Below are positions 57,428-64,000 of a DNA stretch of 64,000 nucleotides, piece by piece. Origin of the DNA: a virus (taxonomy: Duplodnaviria; Caudoviricetes); the IMG/VR virus record IMGVR_UViG_2724679654_000001, positions 1 through 64,000 of that record, one strand, 5' to 3'. The notes beneath the pieces are model-generated. The model did not search any database. It saw only the letters and a list, made by a program, of their open reading frames with translations, and was not told the DNA's origin. The stretch's first letter is position 1, and every line of letters starts with the position of its first letter. The translations under genes were made by a program, and so were the position numbers.

Positions 57428-59331
57428 TAGCCGGTGCAGAAAAACTCAAACTGGTACGTGAACTTGGGATTATCCGCAAAAACCTGCCGGAAGTCGCCGG
57501 GGTAAATAAGCTTACCCTAGTCAAGCGCGTGCGCGAGATACGGCAATTGCTGTCTGTTTCAAACGGTGAGCCTGCTGCAAGTCTGTCGATTGATCCATCA
57601 AACCCGACTGAATCGCTCAAATCATTAGCTGATTACGTAAAAAATGGTCTTGCTGGGGTTCCTGAAGCATTGCGAGGTGTTGAGGCCGATATCGTAGCAA
57701 AGATATACCACTTGTTGCCAAGAGAACGCGACGAAGAACATGAGACGGCCAGAAAGGATCTTTGGGATGCTCTTTCAGAAGCAGCACGGGGCAATGGCGA
57801 TAAAACTCAAGATGAATGGATGATTGCATCATTTGATCACTTCAAATCATCGGGCGATGTGTTTGATGTTGATGCGGATATGATCAATGCAACTGAAGAA
57901 TCAATCAAAGAATTGACCGCAAAGCCACTGGAAGAAATTAGTCCGAAAATAACCGCACAGATGAAAGAGGCTCAAGAAGAATATGAAAAATTGAGGCTGA
58001 CTTTGACATCTCTGCTGTCGGTAAATGAAGCCAATGGCTTCAATATGGATGAAATAAACAAGGCTTCGGATGAATTCGAGACCATTTCCATAAAGAAACA
58101 ATCGGTTTGGAATAAATTGATAGAGCTGGATAGGCAAAAGTATGTAGAAAAGGAAAGCCGCATCAAGGAACTAAAAGACAGCATTGCGCCTATCGGTCAA
58201 AAGATCATAGATACCCTGCTGGGTGGCTCAAAAGTAACCCAAGAACAAGCGAATTCGTGGGCTGGTAGCCAGATTATCGAAAAGTCAGCGATAACCAGGC
58301 TAAAAAAGATGGGGTACCAAGAAGCTGATGTACGTCGCGATATGTCTGAATTCTACCGCATTACTGGCGGAAAACTCAGGCAAGTTAGGTTAGAAACAAA
58401 TGGGGGCAAGCGCGCCAATGCAAGCGGCATAGGTCATTTCGAGGATAACGTTATTCGCCCCGGAAGCAGTTTCAATAAAACCGTTCTGTGGCATGAGATG
58501 GCGCACCATCTTGAAGCTGATTCTGCGGCCAAAGCTGCATCCAATGGATACCTATTAAAAAGACGAAAAAACGAAAAAGTTTATTCGCTCAGATCGTTGA
58601 CCGGCAATCGTGGCTATCGCAGTGATGAGGGTGCTTATGATGATAATTTCATTAATCATTACATCGGCAAGGTGTACCGGGATAAAACCACCGAAGTGTG
58701 GTCAATGGGTGTTCAGTACCTTGCAAAACCATACGATGCAGCAATGATGCTTGCCAAAGATCCGGAAATGGCGGCATTGATGGCTGGATATCTTCAGGCT
58801 GATCTAACCCCGGCCATGAAAGCACTTCAAGCTATTCAAGATAGCGCTCAGGATAAAGCCCAAGAAAAGCGCGAGCAAATCAAAAGTGAGTATGAGCAAG
58901 CGCTAGACAAGCTGGCTGCCGGTGTTGAGATCGTTGATGATGGCTGGTTTGGTGCGCTAGATCCTGTCGATCAAGAAAATCAACTTAGCCGGTGGGGTGG
59001 ATTGGGAGACCCGGAGGCTAAATTCATTGGATCATGGGGCGGATACCGGGCATTTACTGGAAAGTTCAAAGATAAGCTGTCAAAGCGAACAAAGAAAGGG
59101 TATGCGGTAGTTTTCACAACGATGTCAGGATCATTCGTAAACCCAGACGACAGCAAAAGAAGATTTATTCCCAATTCAGCGCCGGTATACGGTGACGAGC
59201 GTTTTCTCAAAGCCTTTATGCGTTTGGCAAGCATGCGTGCAGACAGTGTTTACACCGTGCTTTACCACGTAATTGGAGATGAATCTAAGGTAGTTGAAGA
59301 GGCCAATAAATTATCAGGTGAACAGTCATGA
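57424..59331 (+). CDS. DdrB-like polyvalent protein with zincin motif
   Basis: LWHEMAHHLE HExxH, Y.GKVY, TEV.SMG; in Dar operon. Confidence 0.65.
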   Translation: MIAGAEKLKLVRELGIIRKNLPEVAGVNKLTLVKRVREIRQLLSVSNGEPAASLSIDPSNPTESLKSLADYVKNGLAGVPEALRGVEADIVAKIYHLLPRERDEEHETARKDLWDALSEAARGNGDKTQDEWMIASFDHFKSSGDVFDVDADMINATEESIKELTAKPLEEISPKITAQMKEAQEEYEKLRLTLTSLLSVNEANGFNMDEINKASDEFETISIKKQSVWNKLIELDRQKYVEKESRIKELKDSIAPIGQKIIDTLLGGSKVTQEQANSWAGSQIIEKSAITRLKKMGYQEADVRRDMSEFYRITGGKLRQVRLETNGGKRANASGIGHFEDNVIRPGSSFNKTVLWHEMAHHLEADSAAKAASNGYLLKRRKNEKVYSLRSLTGNRGYRSDEGAYDDNFINHYIGKVYRDKTTEVWSMGVQYLAKPYDAAMMLAKDPEMAALMAGYLQADLTPAMKALQAIQDSAQDKAQEKREQIKSEYEQALDKLAAGVEIVDDGWFGALDPVDQENQLSRWGGLGDPEAKFIGSWGGYRAFTGKFKDKLSKRTKKGYAVVFTTMSGSFVNPDDSKRRFIPNSAPVYGDERFLKAFMRLASMRADSVYTVLYHVIGDESKVVEEANKLSGEQS

Positions 59332-60791
59332 TGAATAGTGTTTATAAAGTTCTTACGCCTGCCGGTCAATTCGATGCGATTTTCGCTGAAGATGAGGATA
59401 TTCCAATCGAATACAGTGGTGATGAACTGGCAATCAGCTTCTTTAAGGATTGGTTATTCATCAATCAGGTAAGCGGCGAACACGGCCACTTGCTGGATAG
59501 CCAGCACCTTACACCCAGAGAGCTATACGGATTCTGCCAGCCACGCGGTGGTGTAATTGAAGTGATGCCGCCCTTCGAGGATCTACTGGCATACATTCAG
59601 GAAGATGCCGCGAATCAAGCTGAAGATAACTTTGAACAACTACAGGAAGAAAATACTATGCATACCATGATTACCAATGATTCTGCAATCACTGACGATG
59701 TGGTGAAAAACATGGCTGATGCAACTCTTGATAGCATATCCGGTATTGAAAAAATCAAGATGATTAAGGAGGCCGGTAGCATCCGTGCGAATCTGCAAAC
59801 TGTTCAATCCGGATTGGAAAAGCTGAAGCTGGTTAAGCGTATCAAGGAAATTCGTGATGCTTTGGGTGTTGGTGATGGGCTAGAAAAAGACGGGCTTGAC
59901 GCTGATGGAATGTGGCCAATGACCAAGGCTGAATACGACAAGATTCACAGCGACTACAAAGGAACATTCCCGGATGGCACACCTCACGCTCTCAAGTTGA
60001 TCAATGGCAAGACTTCTATTGTGCCTGTACGAATCACTGATGCGCAGCCGAAAACTCAAGAGCCAGAGGTAAAGCCGCAAGTCACCATAGAAGATATTAA
60101 CAAAGTCATGCCGCTATTAAAACAGTTTATCGGCAAGGCTCAGTTATCTGCAATCGGTTCCGTCATTCGTGGCGAGGAAGGTCAATTTTTCAAGGATAGG
60201 TTGATCGAAGTAGCCAACGTAATCCAGGCCATGCCAAAAACTTACGGCCAAGATGGTATGGGCGATAAGGCGATTGCTTATCTGCACTACTTCAAAGGCT
60301 CAGGTGACTGGCATATTACAGAAAAGGATATGGAAGATGAGCAATTGCAGGCGTTTGGGCTTGCAAACCTTGGTTATGGCGAGGAGCTTGGTTATATCAG
60401 CATTCAGGAATTGATTGATTCTGGTGTTGAGCTTGATTTGTATTGGACACCAAAGACTATTGGCGCGATAAAGGGTGTGGGTGTAAGCAGTGAGGATGAA
60501 AACCAGGGCACTGAAACTGGTGGTGATGAAACCGGTGGTGAATCGACAGAAATCCAACAATCTTTCGAAGTGCCTCAGACTATAAAGCCAACTGATACCA
60601 TCGAAGCGGGATTCATAGCCGAACTGGAATTACTCAAAACAGAAACCGATATCAACCGCTTTAACGAACGCCTTGATGAAATTGCGGCAAGGATTGAGCA
60701 AGCCGGTTTAATGGGAGCGTTGGATAAGGAACTGAATAATGCGGCTGATGTGCTTACCGCGTTACTATCAGCGGCTGAAAAAGTCAGTTAA
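59328..60791 (+). CDS. Polyvalent virion-internal protein with DUF2958-like domain
   Basis: HYF...DW.ITE.D, FGL..LG..ELGYIS..EL, ELDLYW. Confidence 0.65.
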   Translation: MMNSVYKVLTPAGQFDAIFAEDEDIPIEYSGDELAISFFKDWLFINQVSGEHGHLLDSQHLTPRELYGFCQPRGGVIEVMPPFEDLLAYIQEDAANQAEDNFEQLQEENTMHTMITNDSAITDDVVKNMADATLDSISGIEKIKMIKEAGSIRANLQTVQSGLEKLKLVKRIKEIRDALGVGDGLEKDGLDADGMWPMTKAEYDKIHSDYKGTFPDGTPHALKLINGKTSIVPVRITDAQPKTQEPEVKPQVTIEDINKVMPLLKQFIGKAQLSAIGSVIRGEEGQFFKDRLIEVANVIQAMPKTYGQDGMGDKAIAYLHYFKGSGDWHITEKDMEDEQLQAFGLANLGYGEELGYISIQELIDSGVELDLYWTPKTIGAIKGVGVSSEDENQGTETGGDETGGESTEIQQSFEVPQTIKPTDTIEAGFIAELELLKTETDINRFNERLDEIAARIEQAGLMGALDKELNNAADVLTALLSAAEKVS

Positions 60792-60816
60792 AGAATATCT
60801 ACCAGAAACTTCACAC

Positions 60817-60845
60817 AAGCCCCACTAAACCGGGGCTTTATTTTT
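60817..60845 (+). terminator. Rho-independent terminator
   Basis: AAGCCCC...GGGGCTT + T-tract. Confidence 0.65.
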
Positions 60846-60848
60846 GCC

Positions 60849-60889
60849 CGGAAAACCAAGCAAATTGAGGACTGTAGCGTCTCTATGAT
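60849..60889 (+). promoter_or_regulatory. Late promoter (darB)
   Basis: CGGAAAA-N28-TATGAT. Confidence 0.7.
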
Positions 60890-60924
60890 GATGATCATAA
60901 ATTGCCATCATCAGGACGACAATA

Positions 60925-63900
60925 ATGATCTCATTTGCAGAAAAAAGAAAAATACAAAGCACAATATTAGAACAAAACAAGATTCTTGCCAGCAATCCAT
61001 CGTTTATCAATAAACGGCAGGCACAAAAGACCAAAGCAGAGGCTATGATTAAGCTTGGTTTGGTTGGTACCGGCCAGCAGGCACCCATTGCCGAAACAGA
61101 GCAGCCAGACGAAGATAAACCAATTGAGCGCAAATCTACTGCACGCCTGTACGAATTCGACCCAAACCGCAAGCCAGCGCAGCGCAGGAAAGACAATACC
61201 GCAGCAATGGCATTGCTTGACCGCATTGATTCCGGTGAAATTGATGCAAATAGCCTGACCGATGAGCAGAAAGCCACTTTAGCAAAATATTCCGGTACCG
61301 GTGGAGCATTGATCGGGGCTGATGGCAAAAAGGGCAGTGCTTACGAATATTACACACCCAAACCGATAGCTGAAGGTATCTGGGATCTGATGAGCGAATT
61401 GGGATTCAATGGCGGCAAAGTTCTTGATCCATCCGCTGGCGTGGGTGTTTTTGGAGCCGTGGCACCAGCAAATGCCGCGATTGATGCTATTGAGCTGAAT
61501 GAAACATCCGGGCGTATTAATGGATTGGTAAATGATGGCGCTGGCTACTCGACCACTGTTTCAGCGTTCGAGAAGGTTGCGGCCAATACCCCCGAGGAAA
61601 TTTACGATGCAATAATCACCAATGTCCCTTTCGGTGGCGTTGCTGATCGTGGCGGCAATCAGTTATTAGATAACCGGTACCAGAAAGAACCGCTGCAAAA
61701 TTATTTCATATTGCGTTCACTGGAAAAGTTAAAACCGGGTGGATTGGCTGTATTTATTACTCCGCCTCGTTGCGTGTCGGGGAAAGGCGGCAAAGAAGAG
61801 GAGCTCCGCGTTAAATCCAGCTTCATGGCTGAATTCCTGGGGGCGTATCGCTTACCCAATTCAGTATTCGGGACCGCAAGCGCTGACACGATGGCGGACG
61901 TTATCGCCTTCCGCAAATATAGCCGTGAAACACTGGATAAAATCTCAGAACTGAGAGAGCAATCACCACAAAGCCTGATTGATGCCAATGTTCAATGGCA
62001 GGAATTTATTGAAGGCCATTATTTTGTTGGTGAAGGCAAGCGCTTTATCCTGGGTGAATTTGTACCCAAAGATCCCAACAAATTCAGAGACGTTGACCGC
62101 GTGATTAATCCGGCCAATGTTGCAGAAATAGGCCGCATGCTTAAACGATTCCCCGGTTCCAGAATTAACTGGGATCTGCTGGGAGCCATCGAAACATCGC
62201 CAATTATCTATCGTGATGGTGACACCATTACCCAATCCGGGCAAACCCTTCAAATGCAGGGTGGCCGTTGGGTAGCCATGGCGCGTACGGAAGAAAGCGT
62301 GGATATGGCTGAACTTGCTGGGAATATGGCAACGCCCTACAAGGCTTTTGAGAACAAAGTAACTTGGGCTGGTGCAATCAAGTTCTTTGACTACATGACT
62401 GAAACCTCTCAGGCGCTTGATATTCCTGCATGGGCGCGCGGAGCAATTAATGAGATCAAGCGGTTATCTGATGAGGGTGATCGCGGCAAATACTGGAATG
62501 CGGGTGTGGTTGGCATGTCTGTTGCGCAAGTATTGGAAGAGCGGCTTGGTGAAGAGGTGGGGGTCAAGTATGTTGACGAGTACCCCGCATTGTCGGACGC
62601 AATGCAGCGTGTTTCAGCGATTGCAAAAGGCCGCCCGTCATCCATTGGCGGCAAGGTTAAAGATGGCTTGCTGGCGATTGGCACTCATTACCAGAAGAAA
62701 ACCGGATTTTCTGCGGTATGGCGTGGTGATGTGCAGCAAGACGTTACCACAATGGAAATCACGGCTGATTCCAGCTTTGAAGGATTGCGCTACAAAACCA
62801 GATCGGCATGGGTAACGCTCGATGATGCCAAGGGTATCTATGGTGATGACTTTGACCCGGCTGGAGATCAAGCCTGGTGCGTTTCGCCTGATGGTAAATC
62901 AGTCACGCGCGCGGATGATTACTATGTGGGCAACTATGCTGAATTCTTAAAGCGTGTCGATGCTGAGATTGCGGCGGCTAACGATGACAAGGTGCGCGAT
63001 AAGTTGCTGCGGCAAAAATTGGATGCAGATAGCCGGGTAGATCGGATTGATGTATCAAAGCTGACCTTTAATCTGTTTACTCCTTATGTCACGCATGAAG
63101 AAAAGGCTGAATTCCTGCGGAGATTTGTTCATCCTGCAGCGGTGGTTGTCTTTGATGAAAAAACCGGTGAAAAGCGTGTTGATATCGATATCCCTGGCAG
63201 CAAGTTAACTGACCGTGAAAAGCTGATTAATCGTATAGGCGATTACCTGAAGAACGGCACCATTACGCTCGGTGGCGCGAAACTTGACATGGAAAAGGCC
63301 AAAGCCCTTCAAGAATTGCGCAGAATGATCAATACTGCCAATGAGCAATTCAACGGCTGGGTGCGCGGCAATAGCGTGATTATGCGCAGACTTGAGGGAA
63401 TCTCTTCTGATCCTACAAAATTGCGCTTCCGTCAAGTTGAAGATAGTTCGCCCATGAAAATACAGGGAATGAGCGATTTGATAACCCCGCATGGATACCA
63501 GTTTGCTGAGATCCGCAGACAAAGCCGGGAATTTGGCGGTATTAATGGGTTTGGGGTCGGGCTTGGGAAAACCTTAACTTCTTTGGCTGCCGTGCAATAT
63601 GCGCAAAGCATAGGTGTTAAGAAGAAAACCTTTATTGTGGTACCCAATTCAGTGCTGTCGAATTGGCGCAAAGAGGCCGTGCGCGCGTACACGAATCATG
63701 ATGATTTGCTGTTTGTTGGTTTGCGGGTTAACAAAGGCAAGGCATTGGTTAATTCGACCAACTTTGATGCTGATCTGACCGCAGTCATGGAGAATCGCCA
63801 CAGCAAGATTTTTATGACAATGGAAGCATTCGAGCGTATCCGACTGCGAGATGAAACTATTGCTGAATATGAGAAATTCTTGCGTAAAGTAGATGCCAGT

Positions 63901-64000
63901 TTTGCTGAAAGCGAGGATAAAAAAGAGGACGAGCGGGCGAAGAGTAAACAAGCCGGTTTGGTCTCTATTTTGTCTAAAAAGACCGGCAGCGCGCCGTATC
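60925..64000 (+). CDS. darB: DarB-like N6-adenine methyltransferase/SNF2 helicase fusion, runs off the window
   Basis: Absent from ORF track (no stop in window); ATG 60925; YEYYTP, VLDPSAGVG, NVPFG, then helicase Walker A GVGLGKT in the same frame near 63550. Confidence 0.88.
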   Translation, partial: MISFAEKRKIQSTILEQNKILASNPSFINKRQAQKTKAEAMIKLGLVGTGQQAPIAETEQPDEDKPIERKSTARLYEFDPNRKPAQRRKDNTAAMALLDRIDSGEIDANSLTDEQKATLAKYSGTGGALIGADGKKGSAYEYYTPKPIAEGIWDLMSELGFNGGKVLDPSAGVGVFGAVAPANAAIDAIELNETSGRINGLVNDGAGYSTTVSAFEKVAANTPEEIYDAIITNVPFGGVADRGGNQLLDNRYQKEPLQNYFILRSLEKLKPGGLAVFITPPRCVSGKGGKEEELRVKSSFMAEFLGAYRLPNSVFGTASADTMADVIAFRKYSRETLDKISELREQSPQSLIDANVQWQEFIEGHYFVGEGKRFILGEFVPKDPNKFRDVDRVINPANVAEIGRMLKRFPGSRINWDLLGAIETSPIIYRDGDTITQSGQTLQMQGGRWVAMARTEESVDMAELAGNMATPYKAFENKVTWAGAIKFFDYMTETSQALDIPAWARGAINEIKRLSDEGDRGKYWNAGVVGMSVAQVLEERLGEEVGVKYVDEYPALSDAMQRVSAIAKGRPSSIGGKVKDGLLAIGTHYQKKTGFSAVWRGDVQQDVTTMEITADSSFEGLRYKTRSAWVTLDDAKGIYGDDFDPAGDQAWCVSPDGKSVTRADDYYVGNYAEFLKRVDAEIAAANDDKVRDKLLRQKLDADSRVDRIDVSKLTFNLFTPYVTHEEKAEFLRRFVHPAAVVVFDEKTGEKRVDIDIPGSKLTDREKLINRIGDYLKNGTITLGGAKLDMEKAKALQELRRMINTANEQFNGWVRGNSVIMRRLEGISSDPTKLRFRQVEDSSPMKIQGMSDLITPHGYQFAEIRRQSREFGGINGFGVGLGKTLTSLAAVQYAQSIGVKKKTFIVVPNSVLSNWRKEAVRAYTNHDDLLFVGLRVNKGKALVNSTNFDADLTAVMENRHSKIFMTMEAFERIRLRDETIAEYEKFLRKVDASFAESEDKKEDERAKSKQAGLVSILSKKTGSAPY

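Larger units (their letters stand above)
1..64000. mobile_element. Integrated temperate prophage (lambdoid early region + P1-like myovirus late region), incomplete at right
   Basis: Integrase/excisionase at left end, repressor/cro/cII, replication, terminase, head, tail, lysis and Dar genes; no host housekeeping genes seen. Confidence 0.95.

Noticed and set aside
60825-63951. Many short ORFs listed in this interval
   Set aside because: Shadows of the long DarB-like frame from 60925, which the track missed because it has no stop in the window
1-64000. CRISPR array, rRNA, retron/DGR reverse transcriptase, invertase-controlled tail-fibre switch
   Set aside because: No regularly spaced repeats, RT motifs or invertase seen; tail-fibre genes are probably beyond the window

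Overview
The window is the left ~64 kb of one integrated temperate prophage; the right end and both att sites lie outside it. It is a mosaic. The early half is lambdoid: tyrosine integrase and AlpA excisionase, a recombination module (YqaJ, RecT, RdgC, SMC-like ATPase), an immunity region, cro/cII, two DNA methyltransferases, replication and nin-like genes. The late half is P1-like: terminase, portal, prohead protease, capsid, sheath, tube, baseplate, lysis genes and an antirestriction cluster (Hdf, DarA, DdrB-like, DarB-like). Two accessory regions lie at ~9.7-14.4 kb and ~24.8-30.7 kb. Notable observations: (1) three integron-type gene cassettes whose attC sites all appear shortened by deletion; (2) two stacked immunity modules with different operator sets, each repressor followed by a conserved hidden Cys-rich +1-frame peptide; (3) a RexAB-like gene pair; (4) a C5-methyltransferase apparently split over two overlapping frames; (5) eight late promoters with the exact geometry CG(G/T)AAAA-N28-YAnnnT; (6) shared terminal modules and LD(S/A) motifs among putative virion-internal proteins; (7) a 144-bp MITE with an 8-bp target duplication. 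All family assignments come from motif recognition by eye, not from database searches.
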